Positions 52,081-64,000 of a stretch of 64,000 nt of DNA are shown here, one piece after another; the stretch's first letter is position 1; each line of letters starts with the position of its first letter. Position numbers and translations under genes: made by a program. The notes beneath the pieces were generated by a model. That model did no database searches, had not been told where the DNA came from, and saw only the letters and a list, made by a program, of their open reading frames with translations. The DNA comes from Harriotta raleighana. Taxonomy: Eukaryota. Where the stretch lies: assembly GCA_050575255.1 (NCBI GenBank), contig JBNZDD010013718.1, positions 6,174,334-6,238,333 on the forward strand, given 5' to 3'.

Positions 52081-53402
52081 TGAAATTCTTTATCTAATTT
52101 CTAGTTTATTGAAATTCTAATATTTCCAAGGCTTTTTTTTAAGGGGGCCAGTTATGTTTTTGCGAGCTGTTAAGTTTTTCATGATAACTTTCTACTGCAA
52201 CCAAATTTAAGAATGCTCAAAGACGTCTTGCAGAAGGGTGCAATCTTTTTTGAAAACCATCAAATAGTGCCCTAAAAGCCTGTTTAATTGCCTGTTCAGT
52301 GCTTGCAACTTTACAGAATAATAAAATTCATACTTGTCCTCCACTTCAAAGCTCTAATTATCAACAAAGAAGGCAAACACATTAGAATTACAACAGTAAC
52401 ATGGATGAATGGTAAACAACACTTCGAACCAATGGCGCCGTTTCCCAATGAAAAGCCACAAATGTTTTATCAAAAGTGGCAAAACTGCTTTTAAGAAACA
52501 AAATACTGACAAAGTATTGCAGGAGCTTTTATTTCTGAAATCGTATTTGTTCTTTTGCTGGAAGTTTGCCACCATTTGTGGTTTGGAAAACAGGTGTGTA
52601 TATGATCTCCCAGTGCCCTGTGCCCTAAGGATGAAGTGAAGTGTTGACAGCTGGGTGCAGAAGAAAGCAATGCTGATCCACTGGCCATAAACAACTCAGT
52701 CCACAACTGTGGAGGTATGAATGTCACTCAGCTTCCACCCATGTCTAATTGCCATACAATTGAGGAGGAAATTGCTGGGTGATTTAGGAAACCCCCTGAC
52801 AAGTGTAAATAACAATCTAAATTACAACGAGAATGTGAAGCCAATGATTCGGGAGCATACTAAACGGATTTGAACAATTACAGCATGCTTGAAACTATGG
52901 ATATCCAACTGACACATGCAGTAATTGAGAATATTGTTTCCCTTTAATAGATACCAGGCTGAAGATTAGTCTAATAAATGGGCACTCAATGAATTAGGAG
53001 ACTAAATCAGGTTTACCCAGCAGCTGTTGATTCTGTTATGTATAGCAATTGCAGCCATTAAATTGTTTTGAGCTACTGCGTTTAAATGAAACAAATTTGC
53101 AATGCTCCACTTTTCCTTTAGTAAGAAAATGGTGTTTTTAAGTGAACTTTTAAATACAATTGAGCTTGTGGGAGGAACTTCACTCAGGATATTCACAATT
53201 GTGATTGAACCCACCCACATAGCCTGTTGGGGGTGGGAAGGGAACTAACCAGCTGATGCTTTTCTGCAGCCCTTTATTAGACACTGTAATAAAAATTCAG
53301 AGTAAGATACAGGTGTATGGGGAGAGGGCAGCTAAATGATTGCTGATTACTGTGCTCTGTTTTACTGTATCTTCTTCTGTGCTGGCAATTTCTATGGTTT
53401 AT

Positions 53403-53510
53403 CTTGAGGTGTGGACAACATTGGCTAGGCCAGTATTTATTTCCCTTACCCAAATTTTCCTGGGATTCTTTAAATCAATGTAGACTTTGTGGTGAAGGTG
53501 TTCCCACACT
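53403..53510 (-). mobile_element. Degenerate LINE 3' remnant (CR1 clade, shark HER1-like)
   Basis: GGTGTGGACAACATTGGCTAGGCCAGTATTTATTTCCC...GTGGTGAAGGTGTTCCCACA resembles the reverse strand of a common chondrichthyan LINE end (from memory). Confidence 0.4.
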
Positions 53511-53625
53511 GGCATTTCTTCAGATGATCAAGTTGAACTGTTTTCAGACAAGTCAGAAATTAAAATTCTTCAGAATATTATACAGGGATGTACATGGAGC
53601 TTACCCAACTCAGCTATGAATTTTA

Positions 53626-53676
53626 TCCTCCTGACGTGAAAGGCGCTATACAAGTCTAAATTTATTGTTGTTGTTG
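53626..53676 (+). mobile_element. L2 tail fragment
   Basis: TCCTCCTGACGTGAAAGGCGCTATACAAG...TTGTTGTTGTTG. Confidence 0.75.
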
Positions 53677-54164
53677 TATTTGGCTTAGAAATCTATCAAG
53701 ATAGTTCTTAAAATTGTTCAAATTGACTGCATCCACAAGTGTGAATGAAATGCCTAGTCTGTGTTAGCGAATATGGCACTTCATGATAGTGGTGGTCAGA
53801 TAATGGAAAGCAAACAACAAAAGGAAAAGTGCAAAGAGAAAGTCCCACTTGTTTTGTTTAATCTAAACTATTCATCTCTCCAACAAATGTAAATATGCTC
53901 TCTATGGAACAATACATCAATTACCAATTACAATTTGGTGTAAAAAAACTTAGCTTGTTGTTTCAAACGTACTAATGCACGCCCTCTCAAAAATTCATTG
54001 CACCTATCCAGTCCACAAGTTTAAAGCATGCACAGTACTCCAAATGAGGCTGGACTAGAACACAATGCAGCTTAAGCATGATCATGGGGTATGAACGTAA
54101 CTGATTGACCAATATTTCCTAGTACTGGATTCCCTTAGTTTATGCCTGCCTGTTTAGCACCTGA

Positions 54165-54252
54165 CACTGACTGTTTAGCACCTTGGTACTTCCTCCTGAC
54201 ATGAAAGTTGCTATTTTCCAATGTAATTTTGTTGTTGTTGTTGTTGTTGTTG
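54165..54252 (+). mobile_element. L2 tail fragment with a long (TTG)n
   Basis: TGACTGTTTAGCACCTTGG...TCCTCCTGACATGAAAG...AATGTAATTTT(GTT)n. Confidence 0.75.
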
Positions 54253-54394
54253 TCATTGTGCCATTCAACTGGCATTCAACATTCCCATTAGCACCTTCTA
54301 TCCCATATGCAAAGCAGATGCCTCTCCTATTTTTAATGTTGAGTACCTTGCATTTTACCTACATTAAACATTTGCCAACCGTCAGTCAAGTGTA

Positions 54395-54470
54395 GAGATG
54401 TAATGATGGAGATGCCATGTTTCCCAATGAGACATTGAACTGAGGGCCTGTCAGCTTTTCAGAGGGATGT
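54395..54470 (+). mobile_element. DeuSINE internal fragment
   Basis: GATGCCATG...ATGAGACATTGAACTGAGGGCCTGTC...GGATGTT. Confidence 0.45.
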
Positions 54471-56944
54471 TTTATTATTGGATTGTTGATTAACAGAAAT
54501 AAAGTGGATAAATGCCACCTTTAAGAGTACCGAAAGCAGTTTGTTAAAAAAATGTATTTAAAAACTATTTAAACTTGTGAACACCTGATCCTGGTGTTTA
54601 TGGAATGAAAGTGAAGTAGAATCAAATACAATTTTTAAAATATAGGACATATAACGCCTTGAATATTAGTTGCTGCAAGAGCTTTGCAAAATACCAGTGG
54701 GGATCAGTACCTGGATGCAGAAAAGTATAACCATTGGTCTCCCAAAACAGGAATTTCCATGGGCTGTCTGTCCTCAGGGAGCAGCTGTGATCAGTGGCTG
54801 CAGCAGACAATTCCACCAGTAGCAGACCCCATCAGTGACCAACGCATCACTGATTCCCACACCTTGTCTGTTAGCATGTTGTCCATAGGGCTGTAAAATT
54901 GCCTGAGTGCCACAAATCACAAGTGAAAATAGGCATGCATCTTCAAAGGGCCAGTGCTTAAAGTGATTTACGGCTCCCCTTCGAGAACAAGTTAGACATG
55001 GGTAAAATTTTGCACCTGGGCCATTATGGAGAAACAAGGATGATCTCTCAAGGACCAAAAGACATTCAAATGTACAAGTAGAAGATTAGGCAGATTCAAT
55101 TTTCCTCTAGTGAGATCGGCTCAGCTTCAAACCCCTTGTCAGTATCAGTGAAAGGAAAAGCAGATAAAGAAGGGGCCTTGTGTATTCAGACTGCTAATTC
55201 AGCAGTGATTCCGCTAATTTACTCCTGAAATGTTTTAATTGTCTGGCATCACATTCAAAAGGCTTGTTTGCCACTCTTAATTGTAGGCTGCTTTGAACAA
55301 ATAATTGAAATGCATGACTTGTGGGGCCTACTTAAACAATTATAATGTGCTTTACCAATGGCCAATGCATCACTTTTGCATTCTTGACAAATCAACTATG
55401 ATTTTTAGGATGGAGTTCCATAGATAGACGGTCATTGATGGAAATTATTGCTTGCACCAAGATGAATTGCATAAATAGTGAAGACTTTTTTTTAACTACT
55501 CAGAAGTTGCCTTTAAAGCCCTTTTGTGGGCACATTATCTGCAACTCTTTTTGAAACTCATTTCCACAACAAATATTTAGATGTGCATCACATTTTTAGA
55601 TAAATATTTAATGCGAATTCTGACAGCAATAACATTTTCTCTTCAGTCAAAAAACAATGAGGAAACTTTACAAGGTGAAGGGGTCATAATCAGAACAAAA
55701 CAAGCACTCCTTTTGCTAAATATTCTTTAGCAGTGACACATAAGTAATTTGGGGCTTGGTTCCCGGATCAATTCTTCTGTTGACTGAAATGTTTGACCCC
55801 AGGTCCCTTCCTCTTTGCATTATTTAGCCGGCTAGAGCAAAGCAGCTTCAGAAGAGACTTTCACAACCAGCAGCCATCCATGTGAAGAACATTTTATTCA
55901 CTTCAACTCCTCCTCATCAAAGAAGCTGAAAGGAACGATAGTGTAGATAAAAATGGTTCTCAAAGATTCTTTCAGACCCACAGAGATTGGTGCATTGCCA
56001 TTAGCAAATTGGTGCACTTCCAAAGTTTCTATTTTGGGGTTGGATTGGGTTGGGGGGTAAATGGTGCTGTGTGACTGAGAACTGTTTGCAGGAGAAGGAA
56101 CTGACACAATAGTGAATGCACCAGGTGGGGTTACTCTGCCCATTTGGAAGAGACACACACACTGAATTATACATTTCACAGTATTCGCAATTATCGTTTA
56201 CATCCAACTCCCCTTCCGCAAACTCAAGAACATATGTAACATAAAACACCAATGGCCATCTCATTCATCACCTGCCCTGTCTATCCTTTATACACTAATA
56301 TAGTCCAGCTAGTAATTCATTATCTCTTAAATACGCAGTCACTTAACATTCAGTGGGAATTTTGAAACAGTGGTTGATTAATATTGTGCTGAGGCCTTCA
56401 GATTTGACATATTAGCAAGAAGATACAATAGAATTATGATGTAAGTTACTCATATTATGCATCATTATATTTTGGTACATACACATGTATAGTACACATT
56501 TGCACTGAGAATATTCTCACTTGTTTACAAGTAAACACATCTTGAAGATAAAATTAACATGGACATTGAACTATAATAGTTAAGTAACCAGATCATAGAA
56601 AGAAAGGAACAATATTTCCCTTGACTGTAAGCAGCGTGTAACTTGTGAAGTTGAAATAGTAAACACTAACTCCATTCTACTTAGGAAATAAGAGAACAAA
56701 GTGCAGCCATCTGCCCACCAGATATAATTGTTATTGGAGACAATTGACTATCCACCTTTCTCTCTAGATTGGTTTGATTACATTTGTGCGATTTGAACAG
56801 GAACTATTCCAAACACAGCGGTCGCTTTAATTCTCATTATCACTTCACCAGAATTGTTTTGTGACCATTATGAAAATTCTCTGAGATATTGATGGGAGAG
56901 CTTTCAAATGAGTAGTTTAGGTGTTGTAAGAGTGCCTATCTAGG

Positions 56945-57400
56945 CCCTAAAGGCAATGCAGAGAGGAAGAACGAGGATAATCCCCAGTATTAGAGCAATG
57001 AGCTATGAGTAATGATTAGACAAGCTAGGATTCTTCTGTCTTGAGAAATGAGGTCTCAGAGGGGACCTTATAGAGGTAAATTAAATGGGATTGAAAAAGT
57101 AATCAAGATAGTAGAATGAGAGAACACAGATTTATAGTTGCAAAGAGCAATTTCAGGACAGACTTCAGGAAGTTTTTCTTTACCAGAAAGATCATTAACA
57201 ACTGGAAGGGTGGTTAAGGGCCTGACACTAGGACTCATTTTTTAATTTTAAAAAAGCAGCTTGTGATGAGAGGGCCTATGTCACAGGGTCCTGATCTAAT
57301 GCTTTCAAGGATTTTTTCACATGTTCAGTGATGGGTATTTTGTAAAGGATGAGATCAGTTGGGCCAAAGTTCCTTTTTCATCCAAACCAATCTTGTGATT
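56945..57400 (+). mobile_element. Old, degenerate CR1 LINE 3' fragment
   Basis: Translates as MQRGRTRIIPSIRAMSYE**LDKLGFFCLEK*GLRGDLIEV and ...FRTDFRKFFFTRKIINNW, with several stops. Confidence 0.8.
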
Positions 57401-58364
57401 GCAGTTGAGTGATGGGTCATGGAGTTAGTTCACATTTTTAGCTCTGCAAAATGTTGGAATTATAAATATTTCATAATATAGAATTAGTGTGTGTAAATGA
57501 CAAGTTTATTGATAAGTGAAAGTGTCCCTGCTTCCCACTCTGCTTTCACTCTCTAGTCTTCACTTTAGTTCCACTTAGCAGCAGTTTGCAGTTTCTTGAA
57601 TCAGTGAGACAGGTAACATCTCCTCTTTGGTTGCTTTCCGTCAAGGCTGTGATGTTAACATTCGTTTATATATTTTTTAAAATATTTATAGTCCCAATGA
57701 GTCACGGGGCTTGAAATCAAGCAAGCTCTGTGGCAAATGATTAAAATATAATGTTTTCAAAGCTATGAGTGTAGTAGTAGGTTCCAAGGGAATACAGACA
57801 ACTAGTCTCAGTCCCTGAAGTTGAATAAATTATGTAGATGAGAGATCACAGAATAACATGAATGTGTCCCACAGCTTGTACACAGACACATGTGATAGAA
57901 GGCCATTTATTTAATTTATCTACTTTAAACAGTATTTGATTGAACACTTATTCAGGGAATTTACCGGGTTTGGAATTTGACGAGAAGCATAAGGTGCTGA
58001 TTGTTTGTGCAGGAGGAAAAAGAAGTTTCATTTTCTGTGATCTTTACGTGAACCATTCCAAGAAGATTGAGGCACTAGCCCTCCCTGTTATTTAGTAAAT
58101 TCGGTGCATTTGTGGCAGAATTTTAGTCCGCCCTTTCCAAATCGCCATTTTCAAATGATCTGTTAATGTTTTTTCACACCAAACATTAGCTCTTACACCC
58201 AATCTGTTTCAAGATGTTACTGTGATGGGAGGACGATAGGGTGGGTGCTCTGGAAGCATGCGTTCAAATGGCCTAAAGGCCTTCTTCATCCGAAGATCAA
58301 TTACAATCTTATTTAACTTCTATTTCAATGATTAATTTGGTGCAATTGGTGTCCTATCACCACT

Positions 58365-58772
58365 AGCTTATTGTGTAAAATCACCTTCAAAACCCATACA
58401 TAGCTTTGCCCCACCCTACCTCTGCAAAGTTCTAACCCCTTACCAACCTATCCACTCCCTCCACTCAGCAGACTCTGGCCTGCTCAACGTTCTCTGATCC
58501 ACCATTGGTGGACAAACCTTCACCCACTCTGCCCCCAACCTTTGGAATTCCATCCCGGAATCCCTCTGCCTCACCCCCTCCCTAGCCCCCCTCCAAGTCT
58601 TGCTTTAAGACCACCTCTACGACCATGCCATCGGTCACCCCCTTTCCATTCCCTTCCCTCCACCATCTCTGATCCCGACCGCAGCTCAGGTTTGAAACAT
58701 TGACTGTCCAGCACCTTGGGATGTCCTCCCGATGTGAAAGGCACTGTACAAATGTAGTTTTGTTGTTGTTGT
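58365..58772 (+). mobile_element. L2 LINE 3' fragment
   Basis: Encodes HSFAPPYLCKVLTPYQPIHSLHSADSGLLNV...IGGQTFTHSAPNLWNSIPESL (L2 ORF2 end), then the 3'UTR and a (TTG)n tail. Confidence 0.9.
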
Positions 58773-60149
58773 TTCTGTAAAATAGAAACTGTTCATTTTA
58801 ACTTTGGTTAGCCAAGCCTCTATGGGTTTTTTGTTTTGCTTCTCGGATTATCTCAAACAATGAAAAGAACAAGCCAAAATTTATCATGCATTTTGTACGT
58901 GCAACCATGCACACATCTCTGAAATATCTTTGAACTATTTCTTTCCAAGGCTGAAGAATACTTGGTTGTTTAATCAATCCGCATAGCTCAGAAAAGTAAT
59001 ATTGAAAACAAAAATGATCAAATACTAAAAAAAAAACATATTATTCCTTATTAACAACTGCTTATTGAATAAGGTAAATGGACAGTTCTTGTAATGTCCT
59101 TTAACACTAAGTGCAGTATGTCGTTTTAACATTTCCAAGCAATGCTCATTCCGTTCACACACACAAACACACACACCAAGAAGTCTTTTGACTCCAACAA
59201 ACCAGCATGCTGCAGAGTGTTTGCAGATTGTTTCTCAGCTTGTAACAATTGCACAATTTCTCTATTAACTCAATGTTTACACAAGAGGGGAATATACCAG
59301 ATTGTATGGCTCTTAAAATTGCACATCATAGTCTGAGACTGCTGACACTGGAAATCTTACTTTTGTTGCAATTTTCTCTTGTTTTGTGTTTATCTGTGGA
59401 ACGATTTCACTGGGGCTATCACAATATAAATAATGGCCTATTTCTCTCATCCAAGTGCCATTCCTGTATAATAAACAGCTGATGCTGTAATGATAGGATA
59501 TTAACAGGCATTAGAAACTTAACAGAAACCAGTCATTGTTTTGTCAATCAATTTCATACCACTTCTCTACAATTTTATGCTCAATTAAGTACAGTCAAAC
59601 ATTTGGACAGATTAGGCTGCTGAAATGTGCACTAACATAGGCAAGTGAATAGGGAATAGATGCTGAATTTGTGTGTACTCAGCACAAATTATAAGCTAAA
59701 CAATCTGAAGGACCCACTACCCTCTTCCGATGAAGTCCAGAGGCACTCTGTCTCAAATGGAACATAGCTACGCAGAGGACTTTACATTTGTTAAACTCTG
59801 GCCAATGCCAATTTGCTGTTTTCTGCATAACCAGGTTTGAAATAACCATATCAATATTATATGCAATTAAAATACACCTTGAATAATAATGTTTGTTATA
59901 AGGTACAGTGTGGAAAATTTGCTGTTTTCTTAAAAAAGCTTCCTTGTCAATGTGGAATTACTAGTACTGTAGTATGATGCTCGACTGTGTCTGATATGTG
60001 TTTCCAGAGGCCAGGAATGTAAACAATTAAATACTCGGGAAAGAAACAGCTTCCTCTGAACAATACTGTAATGTTCACTTCTAACCTAGTTTAGCAATCC
60101 AAACAGGGCAGTGTCATTATTGTAATTCGACCCTCCCTCCACACAACTA

Positions 60150-60400
60150 ACGCCATTCTACTTCATGGCCCCCCCACCCCTGACCTACCCTATCATCGGT
60201 GCACAAGCTTTTAGCCATTCTGCCCCCATCGCTNTTAACACCATTCTACTTCATGGCCTACCCTATCATCGGTGCACAAGCTTTTAGCCATTCTGCCCCC
60301 ATCGCTGGAACTCCATCCCAGTATCTGTCGCTTCACAGCCTCTCTCACGATTTTTTAGCCCATCTCTTCAACCATGCTTTTGATTCTCCTGCCCCCACCA
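60150..60400 (+). mobile_element. L2 fragment, partly duplicated across an N
   Basis: IIGAQAFSHSAP motif, similar to the L2 at 58.5 kb. Confidence 0.7.
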
Positions 60401-61564
60401 ACCACAGGTGTCCAGTCAGCTTATGAAGTGAGACGTCCACTCAATGGGAAAGTCACAATATAAACAAATGGGAAATTTGTTACTGGAACTGACTGAAAAG
60501 AGCGTCCAAACCTGACTGAAACAGGTAACAGAATAATAATTTACAATAACCGGGTTGAATGAAACAGATGTAAATGGAATCAATTTCAGATGGAGCATTC
60601 AAATTTGATTCTCTTTTAAGCCTCACGTTTCTGATGAAGTCACTGAAACAGTAAATTATTCTATTTGAACACATATCAAATTACAATAATGGCTGAACCT
60701 TTTTCTCAATGGTTTACAAAAAGATGAAGTGATAACACCAACTGTCTGAAAATTATGCTTTGCTCTTCTGCTGACTGTTGATCTCAACCAGATGTAAATA
60801 AAGGGCTTGTCAAACACTGTTTCATGAAAGACTTTTTCCCAAACAACATGTGCACATACAAAAACTGTCGTACTGGGTGCTTGTTGGAGATTAGTGTAGG
60901 ATGATTTATGAAATAAATAGATAATACTGTAATAAATTAATGAATATTGTAAGAGGGCACTGATCTCAGTCTAATCATGAACTTAATCAAACTGAATATT
61001 TTCTTTTTTCTGCCGGTGTTGATAGAATTATTTTCATTTGGTACTCCAATAGCAAAGTGTAGGCACAGCATTAAAATTAAAGGCAAAGAGCAGTTGTGGT
61101 TGAGGCACCTTTCATTTTTTTTTACACACAAAAATTAAGTTAAGAGGCCTTAATACCAATTAAAACATGGAAAACGTCATCATACATCAGACTCTTATGA
61201 AGCTGATGTAGTGTTCATTTCAATACCAGATGTGACTTGAAATGTACAATGTGTGTGAGGTGCCCTGGGGATTTACGTTCTACATCATGTGAAATAATGA
61301 TTCTGCTGCCCCTGGGATCCGGAGAGGAACACAGACCCATTCTTATTCAATTTTTAAAGTGCTTAAACTCCACAAACGCATTTTTTCTTTACTTCCTGCG
61401 CAGGACAGTGTAATTTTCAGGTACTGGTATCAGAATAAACTTGTAGTTATTTTGCCCTTTGACCGTCTTCATCTGCTGTTTTAATTACGATCACTGTCAG
61501 TGTCTGTGCACCTGTGTCGGCTGCCTTTTAAATTATCCATTTACTCACTCCATCTCACCTACAT

Positions 61565-61815
61565 AATACGTCTGTTCACGAGGTTAAAGATCCCATGGCG
61601 CTACTCAAAAACAGAAGGGAGTTTCTCCCAGAGTCCTGGCCAGCAGTCCTCCAGATTAATTATGATTCACCTCGTGTCTGTTTGGGGGGGGGATTTTGAA
61701 GCGTACAATTGACTGCTGGGATTATCTGTAAAGAAACAGTCACTACACTTGATAGCACTTACTTGTGAAGTTCCTTGGGACGTTTCGATGTGATAAGGAG
61801 CTGTAAAAATGAGAA
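61565..61815 (+). mobile_element. DeuSINE-type element (Deu domain plus tail)
   Basis: GTTAAAGATCCCATGGCGCTA...GGGAGTTTCTCCCAGAGTCCTGGCCA...ACAGTCACTACACTT...TTGGGACGT. Confidence 0.7.
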
Positions 61816-61879
61816 GGTTGTTTCTTCGATAAGCACACTTCTGTGAACAGAAATAATTATGGAATGGGAACAAGACACT

Positions 61880-62100
61880 GTGAATCAGTAACCAGAGGGC
61901 ATCAATTTAAAGTCATTACCAAAAGAGCAAAGAGAGAGGTGAGGAAAATTGTTTCACTCACACAGAAATTTGCTATGACGTGAAATGTAGCTTCCTAGAG
62001 CTATGGTTGAAGTAGCCAGAACTTATTAACTTATAATAACTTACTAACAAATTAACGTGTAAGAAGAATGAGCCATATACAGTAAAGGATAATGGGAAAA
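61880..62100 (+). mobile_element. Old degenerate CR1 fragment
   Basis: SVTRGHQFKVITKRAKREVRK-like translation, homologous to the CR1 at 62.6 kb. Confidence 0.7.
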
Positions 62101-62405
62101 CAACAACAACAACAAAAATTACATTTGTATAGCATCTTTCAGGTCAGGAGGATGTCCCAAGGCTCTGGATTCAGTATATGATTCAGACTCAAGCTGGGGT
62201 CGGGATTGGGGAGGGTGGAGGGAGAGGAGAGGATTTAGGGTGACCAATAGGACAGCCGAAGAGGAGAGTTATGAGGCGGGACATGAAGGAGGCTAGAGAG
62301 GGGACAAGGCAGAGGGACTGCAGGATGAAATTCCAGAGGTTAGGGGCAGAGTGGTTGAAGGCTCAGCCGCCAATGGTGGGGCGGGTGGATGAGGGGACAT
62401 GGAAC
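62098..62405 (-). mobile_element. L2 LINE 3' fragment
   Basis: (AAC)n tail at the left end; the minus strand encodes STRPTIGG*AFNHSAPNLWNFILQSL. Confidence 0.88.
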
Positions 62406-62512
62406 GACCGGAGACCACCGAGACAGAAGAATGTGAATAATGATAAGTTCTCTCAGAGAGCAAATAAGTTTTAAAACAAATTAATTGGAGGGGTTCCAGA
62501 CAGCAATAATCT

Positions 62513-63070
62513 TCATGGTTGTTTGTGAGACATAGCTGTGGGTAAATTGGCTGGTTTGTTCACCCACCAAATACAGAGAAGATTACGCGGGGATCTGATA
62601 GAGGTCATCAAGATCATGAAAGGTTTCAACAGGCTAGATAGGGAAAAGCTGTTTCCGCTGGTAGGTATGTCTGTGACCCGAGGTCACAGTCTTAAGATAT
62701 CTACCAAAAGAAGCAGAGGGGAGGTTAGAAGTAATTTTTTCACTCAGAGAGTTGTTCGAATTTGGAATGATCTGCCTGAAAGGGTAGTGAGGTCCGATTT
62801 GATAGCAGCTTTTAAGAGAGAACTGGATAGGTATCTGGGGAAGACGGGCTTGCAGGGTTATGGGGAGAAAGCTGGTGATTGGGGTTAATGAAAGTGACAT
62901 TGCTCTGTCAAAGAGCCAGCACAGACTCGATGGGCTGAATGGTCTCCTTCTGTGCCGTAACCTTCTATGATTCTATGAAATACACAATCATTACACTTCA
63001 CACTTTAATCCTGCTAAACTCTTTGAGACTTGACATGATAAGGCACTATATCAAATGCAAGGAATTTATT
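62513..63070 (+). mobile_element. Truncated SINE split by a CR1 insertion (pieces at 62513-62575 and 62978-63070)
   Basis: Left piece TGTTTGTGAGACATAGCTGTGGGTAAATTGGCTG...CACCCACCAAATACA; right piece ...CTTTGAGAC...GGCACTATATCAAATGCAAGGA. Confidence 0.75.
62576..62977 (+). mobile_element. 5'-truncated CR1 LINE with the RT C-terminus still open
   Basis: RRLRGDLIEVIKIMKGFNRLDREKLFPLVGMSVTRGHSLKISTKRSRGEVRSNFFTQRVVRIWNDLPERVV, a CTATGATTCTATG tail and a flanking AAATACA direct repeat. Confidence 0.94.
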
Positions 63071-63157
63071 TGCAGTGCACACACCAAAGCAGAACACATC
63101 AACATGAATGTGAAAAAAAAGTTGGATCTCAATTGCCCACTTTCTGAAATACGATTA

Positions 63158-63429
63158 GACACTCCATCCCGCAGTCCCTCCGCCTTGCTTCCTCCCTTTC
63201 CTCCTTCAAGGCCGGTTTCAAGACCTTCCTCTTCAACCGCACCTTCGAATTTGGAATGAAGTTCGAATTTCAACCCCCCGACTCTTCCACCTCTCTCACT
63301 CTCCTTCCCCCTCCCCCTACCCCCTACCCTCCCCCACTGCTCGGGTCCCGACCTGACTGTTCAGCGCTTTGGGATGTCCTCCCGACGTGAAAGGCGCTAA
63401 ACAAGTGTAATTTTGTTGTTGTTGTTGTT
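63158..63429 (+). mobile_element. L2 LINE 3' fragment
   Basis: Pyrimidine-rich 3'UTR and the tail CAGCGCTTTGGGATGTCCTCCCGACGTGAAAGGCGCTAAACAAGTGTAATTTT(GTT)n. Confidence 0.88.
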
Positions 63430-64000
63430 CCTTAATGCTGGCGAATGTGACGATATGTTGTGAAACCTTAATCATGAAATTCTGCGGTTTTAAAAAAATG
63501 TTTTTGGTAGCAATGTTTAGAAGCCATAAAGTGTAGCAGAAAAAACCCCCCAGCAATAGGCAGTGAATTACGCGCTGACATATTGGCTAATATTTCGTCC
63601 CGTTGAAATCATCCGAGGGAAATTTTTAACCAGCTCTGAGCACTGCAGCCTTAATTGGTGCCTTGAAAAAGCAGTAATTGATGAGTAATTGGCAGAGTTG
63701 GCAAATCCTGCTAGGCCAATAACACTTAAGGTGCCATAAAAGAGCATCCACCAGACTTTCGTCTTAGCCCCACTATTTCCAGCATTAGAGTTAGCGCTCC
63801 CTGGATCCCAAGATCCATCAAGCAAAGACTCCACAATATTATTCCATCCCACACTTCAAAACCGCTCTCCTTTGCTCCACAGAAAATATTCCCCACTCAT
63901 CTCTCTCCTCGAGCAGCACGGAAATCAAATGGGTTGTAGATGAACCTCATAGTAATACCCCTGATTTTCCATCCATCTGGCTACAAAGTGGGTCGCACAT

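Noticed and set aside
62538-62888. ORFs at 62538-62888 and 18717-19004 as host genes
   Set aside because: They are CR1 reverse-transcriptase C-terminal fragments.
63568-64000. 94-aa minus-strand ORF and an acceptor-like site at about 63881
   Set aside because: No recognisable protein similarity (not ANXA2-like); cannot be judged at the window edge.
1-64000. Prokaryotic-type systems (CRISPR, operons, defence islands) or a novel multi-gene system
   Set aside because: This is vertebrate DNA with one gene. The recurring motifs are dispersed retroposon tails, not regularly spaced arrays.

Overview
AT-rich vertebrate genomic DNA, most likely from a cartilaginous fish and probably a chimaera such as Callorhinchus. 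The species call is inferred from the retroposon families present: tRNA-headed Deu-type SINEs, L2 tails ending in (TTG)n and CR1 LINEs ending in (GATTCTAT)n. I can support one protein-coding gene: foxb1, with an uninterrupted 315-aa CDS at 39632-40579 (+), a forkhead domain, an NLS and an eh1 motif. It has a plausible CCAAT/TATA-like promoter at about 38.95-39.1 kb and poly(A) signals at 40.9 and 41.2 kb. The gene lies in a ~22 kb stretch (about 27.6-49.7 kb) that is visibly CpG-enriched, microsatellite-rich and almost free of recognisable transposons, as expected for a developmental-regulator domain. Both flanks carry about 35 SINE/L2/CR1 copies or fragments, several nested inside one another. 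There are two N gaps, and four apparent tandem duplications sit on isolated Ns and are probably assembly artefacts. The other ORFs in the track look spurious or TE-derived. I found no evidence of a new multi-gene system. The best leads are regulatory (promoter with a triple TGTAAAT, uORFs, candidate enhancers, an LF-SINE-like relic) and retroposon biology (SINE/L2 shared tail, nested insertions). Family names come from recalled consensus sequences, not database searches.
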